A stretch of 61,680 bases of DNA, counting the filler, from Nitrospirae bacterium CG2_30_53_67 (GTDB lineage: Bacteria > CG2-30-53-67): NCBI GenBank assembly GCA_001873285.1. It is 4 parts of 4 records of this genome, joined end to end, with 100 filler letters (N's around TTAATTAATTAA, not from the genome) between each part and the next. Parts side by side here need not be neighbours in the genome. Positions count along the whole stretch, not along the records: positions 31,926 to 49,387 come from MNYV01000070.1; 3 more parts are not named here. The stretch is one strand, 5' to 3'. This document shows positions 38,265 through 48,458 of this stretch, piece by piece; the first letter of the stretch is position 1, and each line of letters begins with the position of its first letter. The notes under the pieces were generated by a model that was not told the origin of the DNA, searched no databases, and saw only the letters and a program-made list of their open reading frames with translations. The position numbers and the translations under genes are program-made.

Positions 38265-38388
38265 CAGGGTTCGAGGATTCCAGGGTTTAAAGGATCCCAG
38301 GGTTCAAGGGTTCGAGTGGTTCACTTGACCCCTCGGCCCCTTCTGCGCCGGCCGCATACCTCTACCCGCTCATTTGGAGATGATCCTC
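38265..38388. repeat. Short member of the GGGTTCAA-array element family
   Basis: GGGTTCGAG/GGGTTCAAG units and a right end ACCCGCTCATTTGGAGATGATC similar to 55889-55910. Confidence 0.7.
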
Positions 38389-38391
38389 AAT

Positions 38392-39762
38392 TTATTGCTC
38401 CCTCCCCGCGCCCATGGCCCGCAGCAAAGAGGCCGAGGCCACGTTGTATCCGTACAGGGCGCCGTAGTAATGCGCCTCGGCCTGAGAGAGGAGGGTCTGC
38501 GCATCCAGGACTTCGGTGGACGTGGTCATCTGCTCCTTGTACTGCAGGTCGGTGATCCTGTAATTTTCCTTGGCCTGTTCCACGGCCCCCTTGGCGGTAT
38601 CCATGTTTTTCATTGCGGTCTGAAGATCGAGATACGCCTGCTTGATCTCGATTGCGACCTTGTCTCTCAGCCGGTTTCGGGACTCCTCGGCTTTCTCCTT
38701 TTCATAGAGGGTCTGCGCCACATCGTCCCCGGTTTTCCCCCACTCGAAGAAGGTCCACTTGGCCTCAAGACCGATCAAGGCATTCTTGGTGTTGGTGAAA
38801 TCGTTTCCATTGACTTCGGCGTTATCGCCCTGACGATAGTACTCCCCGACCAGCATGACACCCGGATAGTAATGACTTCTCGCCAGCCTGACCGACTTCC
38901 CGGCCTGTTCCACGGTCACCTCCATCACGTGGACCTCGGGCCTTTTCTCCAGGCCCTGACGAAGGGACTCCTCCAGGGACGGCGCATAGGGCGTCCAGGA
39001 GAGGATATCTTCCAAAAGGAGATCATCATTGATTCCCCGTTTGAGCAGGAGATTCAGATTGGACCGGGTGAGTTCCTCTCGGTTGCCCGCCCTGACCAGT
39101 TCCTGCTCGGCATCGGCGAGCTGAACCTCGGATTTCAAGAGATCATTCCTGGGGATCATCCCTGCATCATACATGGCCTGGGCGTCCTTGAGGTGGCTTC
39201 TGAGTCTTTTCACCGCGTCTTCCGCCACGCTGCGGAAACGGCCGGCCAGAAGATGCTGGAAATAGGCCTCCTTGGTCCTGAGGATGATCTCTTCCCTGAC
39301 CTCCTCCTTTTCCAGTTTAGCCGTATCCACCCCGAGTTCGGCGAGCTCGTGAGCGGTGGTCAGGGCAAAACCCGTGAAGATGGGCTGTGCAAAACCCACG
39401 GTCCACCGGTAGTTCGGTTTGCTGCCGATGATGAATGCCGGATTGGCTCCGAAGACGGCCTCCGGGTCATCGGAGAGGCGGGTCATGCTGTAGCCGGTCT
39501 CGAATTTCGCCAGGAGATCGGCCGAGGCGCTTCGGGCACGGGCCTTTGCCGCGGCCACGGAGCTTTCGGCTATCTTGATCTCGCTGTTTTTCTCCAACGC
39601 GATCCGGACCGCCTCCTCAAGGGTGAGGTGGGAAGCCGGAGCAGACGCCTCGGCTGTTTCTTCTTTACCTTCCGGATTCGCCCCTTCTTCGGCCCCGAAG
39701 AGCGCCGGAGGGAGAGGGAGTCTGATCAGTATCCATACGAAAAGCCATATCCATTTTTTCAT
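38392..39762 (-). CDS. TolC-family outer-membrane efflux protein
   Basis: Signal peptide, LTLEEAVRIALE.N, two OEP repeats. Confidence 0.92.
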   Translation of the reverse strand: MKKWIWLFVWILIRLPLPPALFGAEEGANPEGKEETAEASAPASHLTLEEAVRIALEKNSEIKIAESSVAAAKARARSASADLLAKFETGYSMTRLSDDPEAVFGANPAFIIGSKPNYRWTVGFAQPIFTGFALTTAHELAELGVDTAKLEKEEVREEIILRTKEAYFQHLLAGRFRSVAEDAVKRLRSHLKDAQAMYDAGMIPRNDLLKSEVQLADAEQELVRAGNREELTRSNLNLLLKRGINDDLLLEDILSWTPYAPSLEESLRQGLEKRPEVHVMEVTVEQAGKSVRLARSHYYPGVMLVGEYYRQGDNAEVNGNDFTNTKNALIGLEAKWTFFEWGKTGDDVAQTLYEKEKAEESRNRLRDKVAIEIKQAYLDLQTAMKNMDTAKGAVEQAKENYRITDLQYKEQMTTSTEVLDAQTLLSQAEAHYYGALYGYNVASASLLRAMGAGREQ

Positions 39763-40387
39763 TGCCTGCCCCCCCCGTTTTTGAAGCGCCGTTTAAAAAT
39801 ATATCCATGATCGTCTCTGCGTCAAATGGATGTCTGTCAGGACTCTCCATGTGCGCCACTAAAAAGGCTGTAGAGATACTGTCCAACGTCAGGGCTAAAA
39901 GGTAAGGATCCTGTTCTCTAAAGAGTTTCTTCTTCATCCCGCTCTGAAAGACGCCGGCCAGTTTCTGAAGATACTCCTCATACCGTGTTCTGATCTCCTG
40001 GTCCAGGCCGGTCTTGATATGGATGGTCGCCCCCTGGGTCTCAGCGAAGTAGATGCGGACCGAATCCATATTTTCAAGAAAGACGCGGGTCTTGGCCTCC
40101 ACGCAGGCCTTGAGCCTTTTCACTTCTCCGGTGCGGGTCTGAAGCACCTTCATGAGGCTAAAATGAAATTGATCAGCCGTGTCCGTAATCAGGGTCTTGT
40201 AGATCTCGTCCTTATTGGCAAAGAAATTATAGAGGGTCCCCACGGCGAATTCCGATTTCTCCGCAATCTCCTGCATGGAGGTCCCGTGAAACCCCTTTTC
40301 GGAAAAGAGCGCCAGGGCCGTTTTGAGAATCTCCGACCGGCGCTGCCGGTATTCACGCTCTTTTCTCGGAGGCCTTGTGTTTCTCAT
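39665..40387 (-). CDS. TetR/AcrR-family regulator
   Basis: ALALFSEKGFHGTSMQEIAE..EFAVGTLYNFF.NKDEI; 98-bp overlap into tolC. Confidence 0.92.
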   Translation of the reverse strand: MRNTRPPRKEREYRQRRSEILKTALALFSEKGFHGTSMQEIAEKSEFAVGTLYNFFANKDEIYKTLITDTADQFHFSLMKVLQTRTGEVKRLKACVEAKTRVFLENMDSVRIYFAETQGATIHIKTGLDQEIRTRYEEYLQKLAGVFQSGMKKKLFREQDPYLLALTLDSISTAFLVAHMESPDRHPFDAETIMDIFLNGASKTGGAGNEKMDMAFRMDTDQTPSPSGALRGRRRGESGR

Positions 40388-40407
40388 AAAATTCAACCTA
40401 ACCATGA

Positions 40408-40562
40408 TTGATGATCTCGTAAAAGTCCAAAACCTCCCTCTCCCTTGATGGGAGAGGGGAAGGGTGAGGGTGGGAAATTATATGAATTCAGCCTGTTATA
40501 CCCCCCCTCCCCTTCATCCCCTCCCAATAGAGGGGAAATAAAACTTTTTACGAGTCAATCAT
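40408..40562. mobile_element. MITE-like element containing CCCTCTCCC..GGGAGAGGG hairpins
   Basis: TIRs TGATGATCTCGTAAAAGT / ACTTTTTACGAGTCAATCA. Confidence 0.65.
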
Positions 40563-40583
40563 AATTGATGATCCGCATAAGGA

Positions 40584-40626
40584 ATGAAATGATATTCATA
40601 TTATGAATTATGATTCAACTTGTCAA
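40584..40626. promoter_or_regulatory. Candidate TetR operator/promoter
   Basis: Near-palindrome ATTCATATTATGAAT next to a minus-strand TTGACA. Confidence 0.5.
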
Positions 40627-40858
40627 GGGGAAAATCAGCGGTTTGCGGCCGGGCATAAAAGTTTGCAAGAGTAAAGAGAAATATGTTTAAAGAAAAATAT
40701 TGCTTAAATACCCCTTTTGAAATAAAATATATCTAACAGCATTCAGGCAAGGCAGAGAAATTCTTTTCAAAGTATATCGCATTTAAGGGATAAGACCGTA
40801 GAAAACCGGGCGTTTTTCAATCCCACTGGATATACCGACTCCAAAAAAGGGTTGCAAG

Positions 40859-42604
40859 ATGGCCAATGATGTGCTGATCGTCAGTCCGGACCCTGCCGAA
40901 ATAAAAATCCTCAAGAGTCTGTTCAGTACACGAGATCTTAAAATCACGGATTGTTCCAATGACCAGGAGGCCTTGAAGCTCATCAAGGACAACCCGTTCT
41001 CTCTGGTCATGATTTCTCCTCTCGGAGAGGGTGTTCACGGTCTGAGCCTCAAAAAAAATATACAGCATCTAAGACCTGAAACCGAGGTCATCCTTCTCAC
41101 GAACTTCAAGACCATCCGCACGTCAGACGATGTGCTGCATTACGGCGCTTCGGATTACATCCTCCATCTCGATGATCTGCGGCGGCTCCTGATCCATTCC
41201 ACCATGAAAAAGGGCCTGGAAACCCCGGAAGATCCGGAAGAGATGCGGATCAAGGATTTTTTCTTCAACCTCACGGATCTTCTGGTCGGCATCCTTGAGA
41301 TTGATGATAAATATTTTTCAGGCAACACCCATACGGTCATGAAGCTTTCACGGCAGATTGCGGAGAGAATGGGATTGAACAGAAAAATGATCGATTCCAT
41401 CACCCTTGGAAGCCTTCTGCGTGATCTCGGAAAGATCGGGGTCAAGCAGCAGATTTTAAACGAGACCAGAGAGCTGACGGAAGACGAACTCATGAGCATC
41501 AAGGACCACTGCCAGACCAGCCTGAAATTACTGAAAAGGCTGAACCTCCCCTGGCGGGTTGATCAGGTCATCCAGCACCACCATGAAAGCTACGATGGGA
41601 GCGGGTATCCTTCGGGACTCAAGGGACGCGAGATCCCGCTCGGCGCCCGAATCCTCTCCGTGGTCGACTCTTACGTGGCCATGACCACCGACCGTCCCTA
41701 CCGGAAGGCCATGAACGGAGATTCGGCGGTGGAAGAGATCCAACAGAAAGCCGGAACCATTTACGATCCGGAGGTGGTTGAGATCTTTCTAAGCGTCATT
41801 CAGGAAGACTGGAAACGGAATGCCGACAGCAAGGAGCGCCTCCTGGTGGTGGATGATGAAAAGTACATACAGACCCTGATCAAACTTCACATGGTCAACG
41901 AAGGCTTCGAAGTCATGACCGCGGAAAACGGCGCCGAGGCCATCATGCTCATCAAACAAAAAAGACCCAGCCTGATTGTCTCGGACGTGGAGATGCCGCT
42001 CATGGATGGATATACCCTGTGCAGGGCCCTGTCTCAGGACCCGGCATTCAGTGATATCCCCTTCATCTTCCTCTCCTCCCATAAGGATCCCGATGACCGT
42101 ATCCAGGGATTAAGGCTCGGCGCCATGGATTACATCACGAAACCCTTCGACCTGGAAGAACTTTCCCTGAAGATCAACACCCTTCTAAAAAGAGAGAAGA
42201 AGATCCGCCGGGATCCGGACAAGGAAAGTGGGATCAAGGGACGGCTTGAAGACATGCCGCTCCAGGATATTGCCCAGATACTGAATCTCGGTCTGAAAAC
42301 CGCCAAGGTTGAGATCCATCCGGACACCGAAGAAAACCATGGAGAGGTCTTCTTTTCCCGTGGCGAGGTGACCGCTGCATACACCGACGGTCTCGACGGC
42401 GAGAAGGCCTTCAACCGGATGCTCCACTGGAACGCCGGGAATTTCAAAATCAGGCACGGCATTCAGTCCAAGGTGATGAATATCGCAAAGACGACCATGG
42501 GCCTCCTGATGGACGGGGTCAAGTTGATCGACGAAGAAAACCGGGACCGGGATATGCAGACAACAGAGGAGAGACTCCCCTCCGGCGGATCCTCTGCACG
42601 ATGA
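40859..42604 (+). CDS. Pseudo-REC + HD-GYP (HD->RD) + REC + DUF4388 signalling protein
   Basis: LLRDLGKIG, HHHESYDGSGYP, RPYR; canonical second REC (VVDDE, SDVEMP); C-terminal GRLEDMPL.DI.QIL..GLKT. Confidence 0.88.
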   Translation: MANDVLIVSPDPAEIKILKSLFSTRDLKITDCSNDQEALKLIKDNPFSLVMISPLGEGVHGLSLKKNIQHLRPETEVILLTNFKTIRTSDDVLHYGASDYILHLDDLRRLLIHSTMKKGLETPEDPEEMRIKDFFFNLTDLLVGILEIDDKYFSGNTHTVMKLSRQIAERMGLNRKMIDSITLGSLLRDLGKIGVKQQILNETRELTEDELMSIKDHCQTSLKLLKRLNLPWRVDQVIQHHHESYDGSGYPSGLKGREIPLGARILSVVDSYVAMTTDRPYRKAMNGDSAVEEIQQKAGTIYDPEVVEIFLSVIQEDWKRNADSKERLLVVDDEKYIQTLIKLHMVNEGFEVMTAENGAEAIMLIKQKRPSLIVSDVEMPLMDGYTLCRALSQDPAFSDIPFIFLSSHKDPDDRIQGLRLGAMDYITKPFDLEELSLKINTLLKREKKIRRDPDKESGIKGRLEDMPLQDIAQILNLGLKTAKVEIHPDTEENHGEVFFSRGEVTAAYTDGLDGEKAFNRMLHWNAGNFKIRHGIQSKVMNIAKTTMGLLMDGVKLIDEENRDRDMQTTEERLPSGGSSAR

Positions 42605-42613
42605 CGTCATGGT

Positions 42614-44020
42614 TCACTCACCGCCGCCGCCCAATACCGCGTACATCCTCACCTGGTTTGCGAACTTGGCCAGACGGAGGGTGACAAGCCCCTGCTGCGC
42701 CGCATAGAGGGATCGCTCAGCCTCCAGGACACCGAGGTAGCTGTCAATCCCCTTGGCATAGCGTTGACTTGAGAGGCGATAGGTTTCTGCGACCGCATCC
42801 ACGAGAGATTGCTGCGCCGAGACCTGCTGATTGATGCCGCCCTGCACGGCAAGGGCATCGGCCGCCTCCCTGAAGGCCGTCTGGATGGTCTTCTCATATT
42901 GGGCCAGGGCGATTTCCCGATCCGTCTTGCTGATCCTGTACGCGGCCCAGGTCCGGGCATCAAAAATCGGCGCCGTGATCTGCGGGGTGAAGCTCCATGC
43001 CTCGGTCCCGGAGCCGAAAAGACCGGACAGCTCGTCGCTTGCGGTTCCCACTGAGGTCGTCAGAGAAATGCGGGGAAAAAATGCCGCCCTGGCCGCGCCG
43101 ATAAAGGCGTAGGCCCCTTTCAGTTGATGTTCCGCCGCCATGATATCCGGCCGTCGCAACAGCGCCTCGGAGGAGAGCCCCGGCGAAATCTCCCGGGGCG
43201 GAGTGATGCTCTCCAGGTCCGCCGGCAGCAGTTCCTCCGGCGCCGGTGTGCCGGCCAGAAGGTTCAAAGCGTTTTGGTCCTGGGCCTCCAGTTGCGTGTA
43301 GCGGGCGGCATCTCCCCGAGCCGTATCCAGTGTGATTTGCGCCCGATTCAGATCCAGTCCAGACGCGACACCAACGTCATATCGCTTTTGAACTAAACCG
43401 TATGCGTCCTGTTGGGTCTCCAGGGCGGACCGGGCCAGTTTGAGATTTTCCCGGTCGGCGGCAAGGGTCAGGTAAACCCTGGCCACCTCGGAGACCAGGG
43501 CAATCTGTGCGCTGCGGCGGGCCTCATCCGTGGCCAGATACGTCTCCAGGGCCCGGTCTTTGAGGCTGCGGATACGGCCGAAAAAGTCAAGCTCCCATGA
43601 GCTGATACCAAGCTTGACATCATACCGCTCGATGGTCAATGCTTGCGGGAAACCCATGACATTGGCAGGGGTCCGTTGTTTGCTTCCCGTTGCCGTCCCA
43701 TTGACCGACGGGAACAGCTCGGCCCGTTGTACGCCGTACAGGGCCCGCGCCCTTTCCACGTTCAGGGCGGCGACCCGCAGATCTCGATTGTTGTTCAGAG
43801 CCATCTCGATAATCTTTTGCAGTTTTGGGTCGGTGAAAAACTCCTGCCGCGAGAGCTCCGGGATTTTCGCTGCTCCGGAGGCCGCCTGCGCCTTCTCGTA
43901 GGCCGATCCCTGCGGCCACTGGTCCGGGATCGGCGCCAAGGGCTGGGTATATTTCGGGGCCAGGGTACAGCCGCCCATGAAAACGAACACGCCCAGTATA
44001 ACTACTATCTTTCTTCTCAT
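42614..44020 (-). CDS. OprM/NodT-family outer-membrane efflux lipoprotein
   Basis: Lipobox MGGC, NNRDLR, WELDFFGRIRS, RRPDI..AE, LGGG C-terminus. Confidence 0.95.
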   Translation of the reverse strand: MRRKIVVILGVFVFMGGCTLAPKYTQPLAPIPDQWPQGSAYEKAQAASGAAKIPELSRQEFFTDPKLQKIIEMALNNNRDLRVAALNVERARALYGVQRAELFPSVNGTATGSKQRTPANVMGFPQALTIERYDVKLGISSWELDFFGRIRSLKDRALETYLATDEARRSAQIALVSEVARVYLTLAADRENLKLARSALETQQDAYGLVQKRYDVGVASGLDLNRAQITLDTARGDAARYTQLEAQDQNALNLLAGTPAPEELLPADLESITPPREISPGLSSEALLRRPDIMAAEHQLKGAYAFIGAARAAFFPRISLTTSVGTASDELSGLFGSGTEAWSFTPQITAPIFDARTWAAYRISKTDREIALAQYEKTIQTAFREAADALAVQGGINQQVSAQQSLVDAVAETYRLSSQRYAKGIDSYLGVLEAERSLYAAQQGLVTLRLAKFANQVRMYAVLGGGGE

Positions 44021-44021
44021 G

Positions 44022-47000
44022 TTAACGCGCCTCCTGAGGGCCGGTGGATTCAATAGGGTGTTCAGGGGTTCCCCCTCTTGGTTTCCTTTTGAATATTCGT
44101 GAGACAAGGACAAAGAAGATCGGGATAAAAATCAGATCAATGAATGTGGCGGAGAGCATCCCGCCGGTGACAGCCGTGCCGATGGCATTCATTGCGCCGG
44201 CGCCGGCGCCGGCGGCGATGGCCAGCGGCAGGGTGCCGAAGAAAAAAGCCAGGGAGGTCATGATGACAGGCCGGAATCGGATTTTGACGGCGCCAAGCGT
44301 TGCATCAATAAGGCTCCCTCCATGCCTCATCCGTTCCTTGATGAACTGAATGATCAGGATGGCATTTTTCGTCGAAAGACCGAGGGTGGTCAGGAACCCG
44401 ATCTGGAAGTAGACATCATTGGGCAGCCCCCGTAGTGAAGCGGCCAGTATCGCGCCGAAGACACCCAGCGGCAGCATCAACATATTGACAAAGGGGATGG
44501 TCCAGCTTTCATACAGGGCGGCCACACAAAGGAAGATCACAAAGATGGAAAAGGCGTAGAGAATCGGACCCTGGGCCGTTGCCATCCGCTCCTGATAGGA
44601 GAGCCCGGTCCAGTCAAAGCCGATCCCCTGGGGCAGCTTCGAGACGATTTCCTCCATGGCGGCCATGGCCTCGCCGGTGCTGTGGCCCGGCGCCGGCTCG
44701 CCCCAGATGTTGATGGAAGGAAAGGCGTTGTAGCGCTCGAGCTTGGGAGTACCCATGGCCCATCTGCCGGAGGCAAAGGAAGAGAAGGGAACCATCCCGC
44801 CCACGGTGTTACGCACATAGAGTTTTTCCAGATCCCGGGGCAGCATGCGATAAGGGGCATCCGCCTGGGCATAGACTTTTTTGACCCGGCCGGCCTGAAT
44901 GAAGTCGTTGACATAGGCGCTGCCGAAGGCCGCAGCGATGGTGTTGTGGATGGAGGTGATCGGAACGCCGAGGGCGCCGGCCTTTTCCCAATCCACGTCA
45001 ATCCGGTATTCGGGCACGTCCTCCATGCCGTTGGGCCGGACCCTGACCAGCAGCGGATCCTGCATGGCCATGCCGAGGAGCTGATTGCGGGCCGCCATCA
45101 GTTTTTCGTGCCCCAGGCCGCCGCGGTCCTGCAACTGGAAATCAAACCCGGTGGCCATCCCCAGTTCGATGACCGGGGGCGGCGGGAAGGCGAAAACCAT
45201 GCCCTCTTTTATCCGGGAAAAGGCCCCCATGGCCCTGCCGGCGATGGCCTTGACCTTCAGATCCGGCTGGCGGCGGAGCTTCCAATCCTTGAGTTTGGCA
45301 AAGCCCAGGGCCATGTTCTGCCCTTGGCCGCCAAAACTCATCCCTGCAACGGTAATGAGGGATTCAACCCCTTCTTTTTCATGATCGAGGAAATGGTCCC
45401 TCACTTTTTTCATGACCGCCTCGGTCTGCTCCAGGGTGGACCCCGACGGAAGCATGGCCTGGACCAGTAGAATTCCCTGATCTTCATCCGGGATATAGGA
45501 TGTGGGCATCCGGTGAAACAAAAACCCTACGGCCGTCACGATCAAAAGATAGATAATTAGGTAACGTAATCTCTTTGAGAAGGAGCCATGAACGACTCCT
45601 ACATAGAGGTCTCTGACCCGAAAAAAGATCCGGTCAAACCGCCTGAAAAAGGGGCGCAGAAAAAAGACCGCGTTATCCGACGGTTCATGCCCGGCTGGTA
45701 TCGGTTTAAGAAACGAGGCGCAGAGGACCGGGGTCAGGATCAGGGCCACGAGGACCGAAAGGAGCATGGAAGCGATGATGGTGACGGAAAACTGGCGGTA
45801 GAGAACCCCGGTGGAGCCCTGGAAAAAAGCCATGGGGCCGAAGACCGCCGAGAGGACCAGCCCGATGCCGACCAGGGCGCTGGTGATCTGGTCCATGGAC
45901 TTTGCCGTGGCCTCCTTGGGCAAAAGCCCCTCCTCGGCCATGATCCGCTCCACGTTCTCCACCACTACGATGGCGTCATCCACCAGGAGGCCGATGGCCA
46001 GCACCATGGCGAACATGGTCAACATGTTGATGGAGAACCCGAAGGCCCCTAAGACCGCGAAGGCCCCGAGCAGCACCACCGGCACGGCGATGGTGGGGAT
46101 GAGGGTGGCCCGGATGTTGCCCATGAAAAGATACATGATCAAAAAGACCAGCAGGACCGCTTCAAAAAGGGTCTTGACCACCTCCTCGATGGCCACCTGG
46201 GTGAAGGGGGTGGTATCGTAGGGATAAATCACCTTCATGCCGGGGGGGAAATAGCGGCTCATCTCTTTTAGTTTCTTTTTGACGGCATCGGCCGTATCCA
46301 GGGCATTGGCGCCGGCAGCCTGACGGATGGCCATGGCGGCGGAGGGTTTGCCGTTGTAATTGGCTGCGACATCGTAACGCTCGGCCCCCAGTTCCGTCCG
46401 TCCGATGTCCTTGATGCGGACCACCGAGCCGTCCGGGTTGGTGAGAATGGGAATGGCGGCGAACTCCTCCGGGGTCTTAAGCAGATGCTGGACGATGATG
46501 GCGGCGTTCAGGCGCTGGCCTTTGCCGGCCGGCGCCCCGCCGAACTGACCGGCCGAGACCTCCACGTTATAGGCCCTGAGCGCCAGGATGACATCTTCCA
46601 TCGTCAGGCGGTAGTTGGTCAGCTTATCGGGGTTGATCCAGACCCGCATGGCATACTGGGATCCGAAATTTTGTACCTCCCCCACCCCCGGCACCCGGGA
46701 GAGGATCATTTCCAGATTGGACTGGGCATAGTCCCGCAGGTCATCGCCGTCCATGCTGCCGTCTTCCGAGATCAGCCCGACGATGATCAGGTAGTTTCGG
46801 GTTGATTTGCTGACCATGACGCCGGAGCGCTGTACCACATCAGGCAGGCTGGCCATGGCAAGCTGCAGCTTGTTCTGCACCTTGGACCAGGCGACATCCG
46901 GATTGGTCCCCGGGGCAAAGGTCATCTCGACCCGAGAGGCGCCGGACGAAGAACTGGTCCCGGAGAGGTAGAGCATATCGTCCAGGCCGGTCATCTTCTG

Positions 47001-47204
47001 TTCGATGATCTGGGTCACGGTGTTTTCCACGGTCTCGCCCGAGGCCCCGGGGAAAAAGGCATCGATGGCGATGGAAGGCGGGGCAATGGGGGGATACTGC
47101 GATACGGGCATTTTGTAGATCGCAAGCCCGCCGGCCGTCATCATGACGATGGCGATGACCCAGGCGAAGACCGGCCGGTCCAGAAAGAATTTGGATAACA
47201 TCAC
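44022..47204 (-). CDS. acrB: HAE1 RND multidrug permease (AcrB/MexB-like)
   Basis: SKFFLDRPVFAWVIAI, LAIGLLVDDAIVVVENVER, KNAILI, RPVIMTSLAF. Confidence 0.93.
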   Translation of the reverse strand: MMLSKFFLDRPVFAWVIAIVMMTAGGLAIYKMPVSQYPPIAPPSIAIDAFFPGASGETVENTVTQIIEQKMTGLDDMLYLSGTSSSSGASRVEMTFAPGTNPDVAWSKVQNKLQLAMASLPDVVQRSGVMVSKSTRNYLIIVGLISEDGSMDGDDLRDYAQSNLEMILSRVPGVGEVQNFGSQYAMRVWINPDKLTNYRLTMEDVILALRAYNVEVSAGQFGGAPAGKGQRLNAAIIVQHLLKTPEEFAAIPILTNPDGSVVRIKDIGRTELGAERYDVAANYNGKPSAAMAIRQAAGANALDTADAVKKKLKEMSRYFPPGMKVIYPYDTTPFTQVAIEEVVKTLFEAVLLVFLIMYLFMGNIRATLIPTIAVPVVLLGAFAVLGAFGFSINMLTMFAMVLAIGLLVDDAIVVVENVERIMAEEGLLPKEATAKSMDQITSALVGIGLVLSAVFGPMAFFQGSTGVLYRQFSVTIIASMLLSVLVALILTPVLCASFLKPIPAGHEPSDNAVFFLRPFFRRFDRIFFRVRDLYVGVVHGSFSKRLRYLIIYLLIVTAVGFLFHRMPTSYIPDEDQGILLVQAMLPSGSTLEQTEAVMKKVRDHFLDHEKEGVESLITVAGMSFGGQGQNMALGFAKLKDWKLRRQPDLKVKAIAGRAMGAFSRIKEGMVFAFPPPPVIELGMATGFDFQLQDRGGLGHEKLMAARNQLLGMAMQDPLLVRVRPNGMEDVPEYRIDVDWEKAGALGVPITSIHNTIAAAFGSAYVNDFIQAGRVKKVYAQADAPYRMLPRDLEKLYVRNTVGGMVPFSSFASGRWAMGTPKLERYNAFPSINIWGEPAPGHSTGEAMAAMEEIVSKLPQGIGFDWTGLSYQERMATAQGPILYAFSIFVIFLCVAALYESWTIPFVNMLMLPLGVFGAILAASLRGLPNDVYFQIGFLTTLGLSTKNAILIIQFIKERMRHGGSLIDATLGAVKIRFRPVIMTSLAFFFGTLPLAIAAGAGAGAMNAIGTAVTGGMLSATFIDLIFIPIFFVLVSRIFKRKPRGGTPEHPIESTGPQEAR

Positions 47205-47213
47205 ACCCCTCCT

Positions 47214-48419
47214 TCACCGCGTTTTTGGGGCCGTCGCGCCGGGGCCGGCCGCCGGACCCTGCCCGGCTTGCGTGGGATCAAAGGGAACCGCTTTCACCAC
47301 CGTTCCGGGCCGCAGCATCAGCAGCCCCTCGACGATCACCCGGTCGCCGGGAGCAAGGCCGGCCGAAACCAGCCATTGGCCGCCGATTTCACGGTCAATC
47401 GTGAGCATCCGCAGTCCGGCTTTGCTTTCGGCATCCACGACCAGGGCGAAGGGATTCCCCTTGGAGTTGCGGGACACCCCTTGCTGAGGAATAAGGACGG
47501 CCTGCTCGTTGATGCCTTCCTTGATCACCGCCCGGACGAACATGCCCGGCAGGAGAATGCCTTCAGGATTGGGAAAGACAACCCGCAGAATCACGGAACC
47601 GGTGGTCGGGTCCACCGTGACATCGCTGAATTGCAGAGTCCCTTCATGGGGATAGGGGGCGCCGTCTTCCAGGATGAGCTTGACCTTGTTCTGGTTGGCT
47701 CCATCATGATTGAGACGGCCGTCCTTCAAACGCTGCTTCAGGCGCAGCAGTTCGGTGGTGGATCGCGGCACATCCGCATAAATGGGATCCAGTTGTTGAA
47801 TGACCGCCAAGGCCGGGGGTTGGTATGCCGTGACCATGGCGCCGTCGGTGACGCTGGATTTGCCGATGCGTCCGGAGATGGGCGCCGTGACCTTGGTATA
47901 TCCCAGGTTGATGCGGGCCGTCTCCACGGTCGCTTTCCAATACCGGATATCGGCCTCGACCTGGGCCAGGGCGGCGGCCGCATCGTCGTAGTCCTGCTGA
48001 CTGACCGCCTTGTCGGCAAGCAGCGCCTCGAAGCGCTCGACCCTCAATTTGAGCGCAGGCAGGCTGGCCTCGGCCCTGGCCAGGGCGGCCTCGGCATTGT
48101 CGAGCGCCGCCTGAAAAGGAGCGGGATCAATCTGATAGAGCGCCTGCCCGGCCTGGACATGGGAACCTTCCGTAAACAGGCGTTTCAGTATCAGGCCGCT
48201 GACCTGGGGCCTGATTTCCGCAATGCGAAACGGCGCGGTTCGGCCGGGCAATTCCGTGGTCAGGGCGATCTTTTGGGTTTGCACCGTCACCGTGGAGACT
48301 TCAGAAACAGGGGGCGGCGGAGGAGATTTCTGCCGGCGTCCGCAACTTACTGCCAAAAGACCGGATAGTAAAGCTGCCGGCAGCAGAGTTGTGAAAACCA
48401 TCTGATTGAGAACTCGCAT
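47214..48419 (-). CDS. acrA: AcrA/MexA-like periplasmic adaptor lipoprotein
   Basis: Lipobox AVSC, ELPGRT..RIAEIRPQVSG, APISGRIG, TVDPTTGSV. Confidence 0.92.
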   Translation of the reverse strand: MRVLNQMVFTTLLPAALLSGLLAVSCGRRQKSPPPPPVSEVSTVTVQTQKIALTTELPGRTAPFRIAEIRPQVSGLILKRLFTEGSHVQAGQALYQIDPAPFQAALDNAEAALARAEASLPALKLRVERFEALLADKAVSQQDYDDAAAALAQVEADIRYWKATVETARINLGYTKVTAPISGRIGKSSVTDGAMVTAYQPPALAVIQQLDPIYADVPRSTTELLRLKQRLKDGRLNHDGANQNKVKLILEDGAPYPHEGTLQFSDVTVDPTTGSVILRVVFPNPEGILLPGMFVRAVIKEGINEQAVLIPQQGVSRNSKGNPFALVVDAESKAGLRMLTIDREIGGQWLVSAGLAPGDRVIVEGLLMLRPGTVVKAVPFDPTQAGQGPAAGPGATAPKTR

Positions 48420-48458
48420 GGGTGTTTTTCCCTTCCTATTGAGAGTTTAACAGACTCC

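Noticed and set aside
38374..39810. Long antisense ORFs (also 13908-15110, 34094-35389, 47268-48368, 51434-52552)
   Set aside because: Shadow frames opposite well-supported GC-rich genes, with no motifs.
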